Origin: an uncultured SAR86 cluster bacterium
GTDB taxonomy: Bacteria; Pseudomonadota; Gammaproteobacteria; Magnimaribacterales; D2472
Direction of reading: 5' to 3'
Assembly: GCA_905181645.1 (NCBI GenBank)
Contig: CAJIYN010000001.1
Coordinates: 460,625-524,624, forward strand
DNA length: 64,000 nucleotides
The notes beneath the pieces are model-generated. The model saw only the letters and a program-made list of their open reading frames with translations. It did not search any database and was not told the origin of the DNA. Shown in pieces: positions 50,162-62,287 of this stretch (within the stretch, counting starts at the first letter, position 1; each line of letters starts with the position of its first letter). The position numbers and the translations under genes were made by a program.

Positions 50162-50688
50162 ATGAAAATTTTAAACAAACTATTTTTAGCATCATTCTTA
50201 TTAATATCCTGTACCTTCATTCGCTAGTGATGGTATGGCAGTTATTGATATGAGAGTTGCTGTTTTATCTACACAACAAAAAGGAGAAACATTTAAAGCT
50301 TTAGAGGAAGATGCTGATTATGCTGCAAAAGTAGAGCAAGCACAAACACTTCAAGCAGATAGACAAGCTTTAGCAGAAACACTTCAAAAAGATGGAGAAA
50401 CAATGTCTCAAGAAGAGGTTGCAAGTGCTCAAAAATCTATTCAAGATAAATCTCAAGAGCTTGAGTTTATTGTTGGCCAGATTCAAGCCAAGCAAAATGA
50501 AACAGCTGAAAAGATTTTTAGAGATATGAATCCTTCATTACAAAAGATTCTTCAAGAGCTTCTTGCTGCTAAACAAGGAAGCAGGCCTTGTAAAAAAAGA
50601 TACTGTTATTTTTGCTGATAATGTGGGATTGTTCCGAGATCAAATGACTGAATATTTCAAACATGTAGCTTCTGGGGCTAATGAATAA
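50162..50688 (+). CDS. skp: Periplasmic chaperone Skp/OmpH (frame-broken)
   Basis: ATG 50162 gives the signal peptide [19 protein letters not shown] 50235-50618 is a coiled-coil, Gln/Glu/Lys-rich OmpH-like body. Conserved position between bamA and lpxD. Confidence 0.8.
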
Positions 50689-50696
50689 ACTCACTT

Positions 50697-51671
50697 GTGA
50701 GCCAGAAAAAAATATCTTTTACTCTTAAAGAACTTTCAAAAATTATTGATGCTTCAATTACTGGTGATGAGAATATCTCTTTGTCATACCCCAATTTTTC
50801 AAATAATGAATCAATAACTTTTTTATCAAATAAAAAATATTCAAAGTTTCTAGATAGTACTCAGGCTGCAGCTGTAATAGTTAGTGCTGGCATTGAAACT
50901 CAATCTAGTACGAATCTTTTAAAATGCTCTGATCCTTATTTAGCCTATGCTAAGATTTCATCACTGTTCGTTAATAAAGAGAATAAATTGGAAACACCAT
51001 CTATACATAAAAGTGCCAGCATATGTTCGTCTGCAGATGTATCTAAGTTATCTACCATTTCTGCAAATGTTACTATTGAAGAAAACGTTATTATCGAAGA
51101 GGGTGTTTATATAGGGCCTAACTCTTTTATAGGCCCAAATTGCCATCTAAAAAAAGGAAGCAATGTAAGTGCTAATTCCTCATTAGTACAAGATGTTATC
51201 TTAGGTGAGTCTTCTAGTATCCATTTTGGATCAATTCTAGGAAGTGATGGTTTTGGTTATGCACCCTCAAAAGATGGATATGAAAAGATTGAACAATTAG
51301 GTGGATTAATTATTGGAGATAATGTCGAAATTGTTGGTATACGTGATACAACGGCATTAGGTAATACTGAAATACATGATGGTGTTAAGTTAGATAACCA
51401 AATTCATATTGCTCACAATGTTATTCTTTGGAGAAAATTCTGCTATTGCAGCATGCTGCGCTATAGCCGGATCAACATCAATCGGACAACCGTTAAACTC
51501 AGGAAGTCCAGGAATTTTAGGACATTTATCTATTTGCGATGATGTATTAATTGGCGCCCATACTCTAGTCACCAAGAATATAGATAATCCTGGAAATTAT
51601 GTAGGTATAATGCCGACACACTCGAAAAAGAATGGGCAAAATCATCTAATGATATTTTATTTAGAGGCTAG
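50697..51671 (+). CDS. lpxD: UDP-3-O-acylglucosamine N-acyltransferase (frame-broken)
   Basis: GTG start. ORFs 50697-51542 and 51409-... give hexapeptide repeats (...IHIAHNVILGENSAIAACCAIAGSTSIG...). The corrected tail ...KKEWAKSSNDILFRG ends at TAG 51669-51671. Confidence 0.9.
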
Positions 51672-51675
51672 TCTC

Positions 51676-52113
51676 ATGTCAGTCATAAAAGATGAAATTT
51701 TAAAAGTTAAATACCAAGGTATGACTATTGTAGATGAGGTGATGGACATTAACAAGGGAAGCGATATTCATGCAATCAAAAGACTTACTGGTGAAGAGGA
51801 TTACTTTCGAGGACATTTCCCAAATAACCCTGTCATGCCTGGAGTAATTATTATTGAAGCTTTGGCTCAAGCATCTGGAATTTTAGGCTTTCAAACTAAC
51901 AAAAAAAAGCCTGACCAAATAGTAACTGTTTTTGCTGGAGTAGATAAACGTTAGATCTCTAGAAAAAGAGCCTTGGCCCCAGGTGATGACATCCATTTGT
52001 ATAGTAAGATCCTTAATGAAAAAAGAGGTATCTGGAAATTTGAATGTAGGGCCGAAGTAGATAATGAAATAGTGTGTTCAGCTACCATTCTATGTGCAGA
52101 TAGGGCTAAATAA
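51676..52113 (+). CDS. fabZ: 3-hydroxyacyl-ACP dehydratase FabZ (in-frame TAG near 51951 from local indels)
   Basis: MSVIKDEIL...EEDYFRGHFPNNPVMPGVIIIEALAQASGILGF...FAGVDK..RKRALAPGDDI...CSATILCA. In the ORF track it is fused to the lpxD tail only through a frame error. Confidence 0.9.
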
Positions 52114-52881
52114 ATGGCAATTCATCCAACATCAATTATTCATGACTCTGCAATAATTCATGATTCAGTAGAAATAGGACCCTTTTGTTTTATCGGTGAG
52201 GATGTAGTTATTGGTGAAGGAAGCTCACTTTTAAGCCATGTAGTTATTAAAGGTCCAACAACAATAGGTTGTACGCAAAAACTATTATGCGCAAAAAGAA
52301 CTTTAGCACTCCTGATAAGAAATTTAAAGTGGAAGAAGCCCCTGGTACTGCTACAACTTCAGTTGCAGGTATAGGTCAACCACATATAATTGGAGTTGAT
52401 GGAATTTTAACTAAGATTATAGGTAATGATAATTTACCTTCAATGATATTATGGGGTCGCTCATGATTCTATTTTGGGTAATAGTAATGTTTTTGCTAAC
52501 CATGCAGGTATTGCTGGTCATGTTAGAGTTGGTAGCTTTGTAACTATAGGAGCTTTAACAACAATTCATCAGTTCTGTAGGATAGGCGACTATTCATTTG
52601 TTGGCATGAACACATCTATTACTATGGATATTCCTGCATATATTAAGGTTGCTGCTGATCCTGCAAGAGTAATTGGACTTAATACAGTTGGGATGTCTCG
52701 AAATAATTTTTCTGATGACTCAATTACAATAATCAAAAAAGCTTATAAGTTAATTTATAGAAAAGGTTATAAGCTCGAAGATGCATTAAAGAGAATAGAT
52801 AGATTAGAAAAACCAGCTAGACCAGAGCTTCAAGCATTTATTGACTCTATTGAATCTTCAGAACGAGGCCTCTTAAGGTAA
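52114..52881 (+). CDS. lpxA: UDP-N-acetylglucosamine O-acyltransferase (densely frame-broken in the middle)
   Basis: ORFs 52114-52374, 52269-52466 and 52474-52881 ([26 protein letters not shown]; PDKKFKVEE; TKIIGNDNL; [26 protein letters not shown]...IHQFCRIG; ...AYKLIYRKG). Confidence 0.9.
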
Positions 52882-53953
52882 GTGTTCTAATAAACAAGAT
52901 ATTAAAATAGGTATTGTTATTGGAGAACATTCAGGTGACATACTTGGTTCAAAAATTATTGAATCTCTTAAAAAAGAATTTAATGTTCATCTTGTAGGTG
53001 TTGGCGGACCGTTAACACAAGGACAGGGATTAAAATCAATTTTTAATTTTAAAGATCTTCATATAATGGGCCTTATTGAGCCACTGCTTAATATTAGAAA
53101 ACTTTTAAATCATAGAAAATCAATTATAAAAACTTTTGAAAAAGAGAAAATTGATTTTTTTATCGGAGTTGATTCGCCTGATTTCAATATTCCAATTCAT
53201 AAAGCGTTAAAAAAAGAAGGCTCCATTAAAACCATTCAACTTGTTAGTCCTTCTGTTTGGAGTTGGAGACAAGGAAGATTAAAGCTTATCAAGAAGTATA
53301 TTGACTTAACTTTATGTCTTTTTAAATTTGAACATGATTTTTATCAAGACCATAAAGTTGGAAGTTTTCTTCTCGGTCATGGTCTTTCAGGAACAGTAAA
53401 TCTAGAAAGTGGAGAATATAGTTGGGGAGGTGCTGCAAAAACATCATTTTGGATAAATCCAACCCATAATCTGATAGTCATATGCTATACGCAGTTATTC
53501 TCTCAACCAAGTGAATATGCCCAAGAATTTAAAGCTGCTGTTGATGGAGCAATAATTGATTCAGATAGTAATTAGTGAGACTATAGATTAAACCTTAATT
53601 ATTGTTAGAATTATGGGATTTAAGGTTCTAATAAATTACATAATCCCATTCTTTAAAGTAAAAAAATATATTGTGTTTTATTTAAATTAAAATACATTCA
53701 AGTTTAAAGTAAATATTTTGGGGTTCGACTTTGGGTTTCTCCTGAACTTTTTTTAAGATTACCAAACTTACTTTTATCTAAAAAGGTATTTCCAGAATTA
53801 CTTCAATCTGAATGTACTTCGGAGAATATATTTAACTCTTTAAATTTATTAATTGATTCAGATATGATTCAGAGCGAGCTTATAAAAATAAAACATCATC
53901 TTCAGGGTGATGGATTTGATGCTGCAGCAAAAGCAATAAGTAAGACAACTTAG
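52882..53953 (+). CDS. lpxB: Lipid-A-disaccharide synthase (central part of about 140 aa replaced)
   Basis: N-terminal 52882-53357: IKIGIVIGEHSGDILGSKII...IMGLIEPL...FFIGVDSPDFNI...LVSPSVWSWRQGR. C-terminal from about 53740 to 53953: LPNLLLSKKVFPELLQSECTSENIF... The GTG 52882 start needs a one-T correction. Confidence 0.87.
53358..53740 (+). other. Unrelated fragment inside lpxB: C-terminus of a beta-lactamase-fold serine hydrolase plus its 3' flank
   Basis: LLGHGLSGTVNLESGEYSWGGAAKTSFWINPTHNLIVICYTQLFSQP...stop at 53573-53575 (typical G.GG..G..WGG..T.FW.DP....V..TQ ending), followed by about 165 nt of AT-rich non-coding sequence. The right boundary is uncertain by about 20 nt. Confidence 0.65.
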
Positions 53954-53954
53954 C

Positions 53955-54497
53955 ATGTTGGTTGCCGGTGTCGATGAGGTAGGAAGAGGTTGTCTAGCTG
54001 GACCAGTTATGGCTGCAGCAGTAATCTTAAAGGAACCAATTAAAGGCCTATGTGATTCTAAAAAATTGTCACCGAAAAAAAGAGAAATCCTTTCTGAAGT
54101 AATTAAAAAAAATTCTTTTTATGCATTCGGGATTGCAACTTCTGATGAAATTGATGAAATTAATATACTTCAGGCATCTTTACTTGCAATGAAGAGGGCT
54201 ATTATTCAACTGCCTGTAAAACCTTATAAAATTTTAGTAGATGGGTTGCATAAACCAGACATTAATTATGATATGGAGGCTATAATTAAAGGAGACTCAT
54301 TTATTGATGAGATAAGTGCTGCCTCTATAATAGCCAAGGTTGAAAGAGATAAATATATGATAAAAATTGATGCAAAATATCCTGGTTATGGCTTAAAAGT
54401 TCACAAAGGTTATGGAACTAAACTGCATTTTCAAAAGATAAAGGATTTAGGCGCCTCAGATATTCACAGAATGACATTCAAAGGAGTCATGTCTTGA
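53955..54497 (+). CDS. rnhB: Ribonuclease HII
   Basis: Intact 180-aa ORF (VAGVDEVGRGCLAGPV; DSKKLS.KKRE; ...GYGT). Confidence 0.93.
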   Translation: MLVAGVDEVGRGCLAGPVMAAAVILKEPIKGLCDSKKLSPKKREILSEVIKKNSFYAFGIATSDEIDEINILQASLLAMKRAIIQLPVKPYKILVDGLHKPDINYDMEAIIKGDSFIDEISAASIIAKVERDKYMIKIDAKYPGYGLKVHKGYGTKLHFQKIKDLGASDIHRMTFKGVMS

Positions 54498-57400
54498 TTG
54501 AGTCTTTCTCACATCTTAGGAATTGCATCAGAATATAGTATTTCTCATGGCTTAATAACCATTGATCAAATAGTTGATCAAGCTGCCAAAAATAATATGC
54601 CTTCCGTAGCATTAACAGATCACCTTAATATGTTTGGTCTTGTTAAATTCTTTTTAAAAGCTGAAAAAAAAGGCATTAAACCTATTTCAGGCTCTTCCAT
54701 TCGAGTTTTGTTTGAAGGGGATGATTTCGCTCACGAGTTACTTTGCTTAGCAAAGAATAATAGTGGCCATAAAAATTTAATGAAGGTTCTTTCTCGGTCA
54801 CACAACAATACTAATTTCTCATCACCAATAATTACATTTCCAAGGTGAGGTTCTTTTAAAAAAGATATTAAAGTTATATCTGGCGGAAACTCCAGCCATA
54901 TCTTTGATCTAATAAGAAGAGGCAAAATAGAGGATGCAAATTCTAAAATAAAGCTTTTTCAAAGTATTTTTGATGAAGATTTTGTGATCGAGGTCCAAAA
55001 AACAAATAGAGCAGATGAATTAGATTATATTGCAAATATTTTACCTTTAGCTACTGCAAATGGCATACCTGTCATAGCAACAAATGATGTTATTTTTTCA
55101 AATAAAGAAGATTACGATATTCATGAAACAAAAGTTTGTATAAACACAGGAAAAACTTTAAATGATCCAAATAGAGAAAAAAAGTTTTCTGATGAGCAGT
55201 TCTTTAAATCACAGCAGCAAATGTTTGATCTTTTTAAAGATAGTGAAGAATTTTTATCAAATACTGCTGAAATTGCAAAGCAATGTAATGTTTCATTTGA
55301 ATCAAAAGGATATTTTTTACCTGAATATCCAGTTCCTAAAGATCATGATTTTAATAGTTAGACAGTCTATCTTTCTTGTAAGAATCTAGAATAGAAATAT
55401 CACCTAAATCAACTTATGCCTGATCATTTCCAAAGACTAGATTATGAATTAGAATTTGGACCATGGGGTTTTCTAGTTATTTTTTAATTGTTTATGATTT
55501 TATTCAGTGGTCTAAAGATATAATGAAGTTCCTGTTGGTCCGGGGAGAGGTTCTGGTGCAGGCTCATTGGTTGCATACGCTTTAGGAATAACAACATAGA
55601 CCCTATTAAGTACAATTTGCTTTTTGAGCGTTTTCTAAATCCAGAGCGAATATCAATGCCAGATTTTGATATTGATTTTTGTACAGAAAAAAGAGATTCA
55701 GTGATTGAGTATGTTAGTTCAAAATATGGTTCTGAGGCTGTATCCCAAATAGTTACATTTGGAACTATGGCAGCTAGAGCTGTAGTAAAAGATGTCACAA
55801 GAGAGTCTTAGGTTTACCATATGGTTTTGTTGATAGTATATCAAAAATGATACCTTTTGTACCTGGAATGACTTTAGATAGAGCAATAAAAGAACAACCT
55901 ATATTCAAACAAACTATAAAAGATGATCCTGAAGTTTCTGAGGTCTTAGATCTTGCATTTAAACTTGAAGGTATTACAAGAAATGTAGGAAAACATGCTG
56001 GAGGTATTGTCATTGCCCCAGGAGCACTTTCTGATTTTTGTCCACTATATAGGGTTGAGGAGAGTGATGAGATTGTTACTCAATATGATAAGGATGATAT
56101 TGAAAACATCAGGGTTAGTTAAATTTGATTTCTTAGGTTTAAGAACTTTAACAGTTATTGATTTGAAAAAGAAAACATAAATAGTTTTTTAAAAGAACAA
56201 TCCAAATCACCCCTTGATTTACATTCAATAAAATTAGATGATTCAAAGGTATTTGATCTTTTATCATCTGGAAAAACCATGGCCGTCTTTCAACTTGAGT
56301 CATCAGGGATGAGAGATTTAATTAAGAGATTAAAACCAACAAAATTTGAAGAAATTACAGCTTTACTTGCTCTTTATAGACCTGGTCCCTTAGATTCAGG
56401 TATGGATGATCAATTTGTTGATAGAAAACATGGAAAAGTCCCAGTTACATACCCTCATGAACTACTTGAACCTGTTTTTAAAGCCAACCTATGGAGTAAT
56501 CGTATACCAAGAACAGGTTATGCAAATTGCGCAGGTCATGGCAATTATAGTTTAGGAGAGGCTGATATCTTAAGAAGAGCAATGGGAAAAAAAGACGTTG
56601 CTGAAATGGAAAAGCAAAGGGAAATATATTGGGACCTTTATGATAAAAAGGATATTAAAAAAGTAACAGCTGAAAGAATATATTTGATCTGATTGAAAAA
56701 TTTGCTGGTTATGGTTTCAATAAATCTCATTCTGCAGCTTACGCACTTCTTTCATATCAAACAGCTTATCTTAAAACTTATTTTCCTGAACATTTTATGG
56801 CTGCAGTTCTATCAACAGAGCTAGGTAACACTGAAAAGATTTATGCTCTTATTCAAGAATGCAAAAGGATGGGTATCAAAGTGCTCAAGCCAAATATTTT
56901 AACAAGCAGTGAAAAAATTTGTCGTTAATAAAGATAATGCAATTGAATACGGTTTAGGTGGAATAAAGGGAGTGGCTGATTCTTTTATTACACATGTAAG
57001 CAAAGTTAGAAATAGTCATGAATTTAAAGATTTATGGGATTTCACAAGAAATATTGATATTAAATTGGGAGGAAAAAAATCTTTAGAGGCATTATCTTTT
57101 GCAGGCGCCTTTGACTCAATTGCACCTTCAAGAAGTATTGCAATTGCTTGTATTGGCGACATGCTTCAAGATGGCGGAAAGGCTATTACAGCTTCTGCTA
57201 ATTCAGGAGATTTATTTGCAACAATTGATACTAATTTCAATCCTTATGAAAAATATACAAATATAATTAATCAAAATTTAGTAGATAAAAAATATAATGA
57301 GCTTAATCCAATTGGCACTATCGTAGATACAGAAATTAAAGCTATTAAAGATAATATTATATTCTGTAGTCTTGAAGAGGATATTGATGGAGCTATTTTC

Positions 57401-57893
57401 AGTCAGAACATATCATGGGATTCACATGAAGATTCAAAAGATCAAATGCAAAAATTTAATGTAGGTGATAAAATAAAAGCTATGCAATGGATGGGATTAT
57501 AACAAGTGATATTTTAGAAAACTGTCATTCTATTTTGAAAGAAAGCTCAATATTAGTTTTAAAAGGTTCAATCGAGATAGATGGTTAGAATCAAGTTTTA
57601 TAAATGATACTATTTTTGTGAAATCTAATTATACAACTTCCTTAAATAATTTAAATAAGCTAAATTTTTATCACACTATTAATGCAGAAAATAATTCTGA
57701 TGAAAATACAATAATTATACATGATGCAGCAATTGCTAATATTTATTTGCAAGAGTTTGAAAAAAGGTGGGGGGAATTATCTACAGAATCTGAAGCTATA
57801 ATAGAACTTGGAGAAGAGTACCTTTTACGACCTTCTCAAGAAAATTTAAATTTACTAAGAGGGATATTTGGAAGCGATTCTATTAAAATATAG
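54498..57893 (+). CDS. dnaE: DNA polymerase III alpha subunit (many frame breaks; two replaced patches near the 3' end)
   Basis: ORFs 54498-54848, 54984-55361, 55617-55811, 55847-56122, 56279-56692, 56909-57502 and 57618-57893 plus shifted pieces: PHP domain, [93 protein letters not shown]-terminal ...[13 protein letters not shown]. Confidence 0.93.
57281..57492 (+). other. S1 RNA-binding-domain (rpsA-like) fragment embedded in dnaE
   Basis: ...[62 protein letters not shown]... follows the S1-domain pattern (G..V.G.V..I....F..L....DG.I....ISW........F.VGD.I.A) and not the DnaE OB-fold region expected here. Confidence 0.6.
57585..57790 (+). other. Phospholipase-D/nuclease-superfamily C-terminal fragment embedded in dnaE
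   Basis: ...[18 protein letters not shown]...[35 protein letters not shown] resembles the post-HKD tail of PLD-family proteins (GS.N.T..A...N.EN...I.D..IA..Y..EF...W). The native DnaE C-terminus resumes around 57795. Confidence 0.55.
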
Positions 57894-57896
57894 TCT

Positions 57897-58833
57897 ATGA
57901 ATAATTCATTTCTTGATTTCGAAAAACCAATTGCTGATATTCACGATAAAATCCAAGCACTAAAGGATATTGCTAGTGAAAGTCCAGAACTACTTTCCCA
58001 AATTGCTAAATTAGAAGAAGAAGAAAAAAATATTACAAAAAGAATTTATTCAAAATTATCAACATGGCAGACTGTTCAAGTTGCAAGACATCCAAAAAGA
58101 CCACATACAGGAGATCATATCACTCGAATTTTTTCAGATTTTGATGAGCTGCATGGAGATAGAATGTTTGGTGATGATTCATCCTTAATAGGAGGAATTG
58201 GTTATCTTGATAAAAAACCAGTTTTTATTATTGGTCATGAAAAGGGAAGAGATACGGAAGAGAAAGTTAAAAGAAACTTTGGCATGCCACGTCCAGAAGG
58301 CTACAGAAAAGCAATCAGATTAATGGAAATGGCTGATAAGTTTGGTTTGCCAATTATTACTTTTATAGATACACCTGGAGCTTATCCTGGAATAGATGCT
58401 GAGGAAAGAGGTCAAAGTGAAGCTATAGCAAACAATCTTCTTGAGATGTCAGATTTATCAGTACCAATATTATCCTATGTTATTGGAGAGGGTGGCTCTG
58501 GCGGAGCATTAGCTATAGGTGTTTGCGATCATTTAACAATGCTGGAGTACAGTATTTATTCCGCCTGAAGCTTGCTCTTCAATAGTTTGGAGGTCGTCAG
58601 ATCATGCAGCAGAAGCTGCAGAAGCAATGAAAGTTAGTGCAAAAGAGTTAATTAAAATAAATGTGATTGATGAGATTATAAAGGAGCCTTCTGGCGGCGC
58701 GCATAGAGATTATGCTGCTGCAGCAGCTAATATTAAATCCTCTCTAATTGATAATCTTCAAAAAATTGGGACCATTGAGATAAATGATCTTCTAGAAAGG
58801 CGCTATCAAAGACTTATAACTATTGGCAAATAG
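57897..58833 (+). CDS. accA: Acetyl-CoA carboxylase carboxyltransferase alpha subunit (one frame break)
   Basis: ORFs 57897-58568 and 58627-58833 (LDFEKPI...; [51 protein letters not shown]; [12 protein letters not shown]). The shift is near 58565. Confidence 0.94.
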
Positions 58834-58835
58834 AT

Positions 58836-59450
58836 TTGTTAGATTTAAATATAATTTCAAACTATATCGATAAACAGCAAGTAGTATATGTCGCTTTTAG
58901 TGGAGGAATAGATTCAGTAGCATTACTTTACGCATGCTCAGTATTAAAAAAAGATGGAAGATTAAACGAGCTTAAGGCAATTCATGTAAATCATAATTTA
59001 TCTATTAATGCAAAGTTATGGGAAGACCATTGTATTAATATTTGTAAAAAATTAAACATAGAACTAACCATTCATAATATCTTTATTGAAACCAATAAAG
59101 ACGGATTAGAGTCTGCTGCTAGAAAAGGTAGATATGATGTATTCAACAAAGTAGTCAAACATAACGAGCAATTATTATTAGGACATCATGCAGATGATGT
59201 AGCTGAGACAATATTATTTAGATTGTTCAGAGGTACTGGCATTGATGGTCTTCAAGGCCCAAAACTTAAAAGAAAAATAGGCGAAGGCACATTAATTAGG
59301 CCCTTATTAAAATTTTCAAAAAAAGAATTACTAGATTTTATTACAACTAATAAAATTGACTATATTGAAGATGAATCCAATAAGGAGTCGAATCAGGATA
59401 GGAATTATATAAGAAATAAAATCATGCCTCTCATACATGAAAGATGGTAA
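58836..59450 (+). CDS. tilS: tRNA(Ile)-lysidine synthetase, N-terminal PP-loop ATPase domain only (204 aa as read)
   Basis: TTG start. VAFSGGIDSVALL (SGGxDS PP-loop), HVNHNL, LLLGHHADDVAETILFRLFRGTG, IRPLL, YIEDESN, RNYIRNKIMPLI. The ORF stops at 59448-59450, where longer TilS proteins continue. Confidence 0.85.
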   Translation: MLDLNIISNYIDKQQVVYVAFSGGIDSVALLYACSVLKKDGRLNELKAIHVNHNLSINAKLWEDHCINICKKLNIELTIHNIFIETNKDGLESAARKGRYDVFNKVVKHNEQLLLGHHADDVAETILFRLFRGTGIDGLQGPKLKRKIGEGTLIRPLLKFSKKELLDFITTNKIDYIEDESNKESNQDRNYIRNKIMPLIHERW

Positions 59451-59471
59451 AATTTTAAAAAGTATCAAAAA

Positions 59472-59502
59472 AAAAGAGAGAAGATTTTATCTTCTCTCTT
59501 TT
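59472..59502. terminator. Perfect 14-bp stem / 3-nt loop hairpin flanked by A- and T-runs (bidirectional intrinsic-terminator-like)
   Basis: aaaagagagaagat (59472-59485), ttt, atcttctctctttt (59489-59502). The arms are exact reverse complements. An A-run lies upstream and a T-run is contained in the 3' arm. Confidence 0.55.
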
Positions 59503-59586
59503 AAAACATTAACTAAATTAGTACAATAATCCCCCTAATAGAATTAAAAAAGTTAAAAGAAAATGAAGATATAAAAGCTATTTCTG

Positions 59587-59799
59587 ATGCATCAATCAGT
59601 TGAGATAGATGATTTATGTAAAAAAGTTTTGGATGAAATAATGAAAACTTTCTATAAATCAAACCCGTCAAAATCATCTATCGTTAAATGGTCTAGATCA
59701 GACAAAGAGCAAAAGGGCGGGCTTATATGTTTTGAGCTAGATTTTATACAAATAAATGGCATTGAATATTCTGGCATGATTAAAATTTGCCAAAGTTAA
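59587..59799 (+). CDS. Hypothetical 70-aa ORF (could be a remnant of the tilS C-terminal region; no recognisable motif)
   Basis: ORF-track entry only. I recognise no conserved signature. It occupies the space where the TilS substrate-binding domains would normally lie. Confidence 0.25.
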   Translation: MHQSVEIDDLCKKVLDEIMKTFYKSNPSKSSIVKWSRSDKEQKGGLICFELDFIQINGIEYSGMIKICQS

Positions 59800-59838
59800 G
59801 CAATTACATATAATAATTTTACAAATTTAGGAAAGATT

Positions 59839-60612
59839 ATGAACTTTAAAACAATTACATTAAAAAAAGTGAACCGCATAGGAGTAATTACTCTGAATAG
59901 ACCCAAAGTTTTAAATGCTTTTAATGAGCAGCTTATTTGGGATCTTCAAGAAGCCACTAATAATCTTAGAGAAGATGATGATATTAGAGTTGTAGTAATC
60001 ACTGGAGCAGGTAAAGGCTTTACTGCTGGGGCAGACTTAACTCAATCAGAGTCAACATGGACTAGTATAAAAGACTCTCTTAATAGAGGCTTTTTACCAA
60101 TTTTTAAAAATATAATGGAGATGCCAAAGCCGGTAATAGGATCTATTAATGGACCTGCAGCAGGCATAGGTGCCGCCATAGCAATGGCTTGTGACTTAAG
60201 GATTATGTCTGAAAACGCTTACATATTATCTGTATTTAGCAATATTGCTATAGTTCCTGATGGTGGTCTTTCATGGCTTTTAACTAGATATATGGGATAT
60301 ACAAAAGCTTTTGAATATGCAATTGAAGCTAAAAAAATAACAGCAGATGAATGTATTCATTTTGGAATTGCTAACAAAAAAGTTTCGCTAGAAGACTTAG
60401 AATCAGAAACAATTGCCTGGGCAGAGAAGCTTGCCAAAAGAGCCCCTCAATCTTTATCAAATACAAAAAAGATTATGAGAAATGCTTTAGAAAAAACATA
60501 CTTAGAGACTTATGCTGAAGAGGCTGAAATTCAAAATGAGATTTTTGGAAACGATCAAAATAGAGAGGCTATTAAAGCTTTTTTTGAAAAAAGAGAGCCT
60601 AACTTCGATTGA
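59839..60612 (+). CDS. Enoyl-CoA hydratase/isomerase family protein
   Basis: Intact 257-aa ORF (VITLNRPKVLNAFN; VVITGAGKGFTAGADL; ING.AAGIGAAIAMACDLRI; ...AFFEKREPNF). Confidence 0.9.
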   Translation: MNFKTITLKKVNRIGVITLNRPKVLNAFNEQLIWDLQEATNNLREDDDIRVVVITGAGKGFTAGADLTQSESTWTSIKDSLNRGFLPIFKNIMEMPKPVIGSINGPAAGIGAAIAMACDLRIMSENAYILSVFSNIAIVPDGGLSWLLTRYMGYTKAFEYAIEAKKITADECIHFGIANKKVSLEDLESETIAWAEKLAKRAPQSLSNTKKIMRNALEKTYLETYAEEAEIQNEIFGNDQNREAIKAFFEKREPNFD

Positions 60613-60614
60613 TT

Positions 60615-62261
<1,647 letters not shown>

Positions 62262-62287
62262 TCAATTGTAAGTGTTAAAATTTTTTT

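Noticed and set aside
51409-51954. A 181-aa ORF fusing the LpxD C-terminus to FabZ
   Set aside because: In a neighbouring frame LpxD ends normally (…KKEWAKSSNDILFRG-TAG, 51669-51671), and FabZ has its own ATG at 51676. The apparent fusion comes from an indel.
52262-52400. The central part of lpxA as a seventh overwritten patch
   Set aside because: Conserved LpxA pieces ([27 protein letters not shown]) are recoverable in alternating frames, so dense indels in native sequence are the simpler explanation. Not fully resolved.
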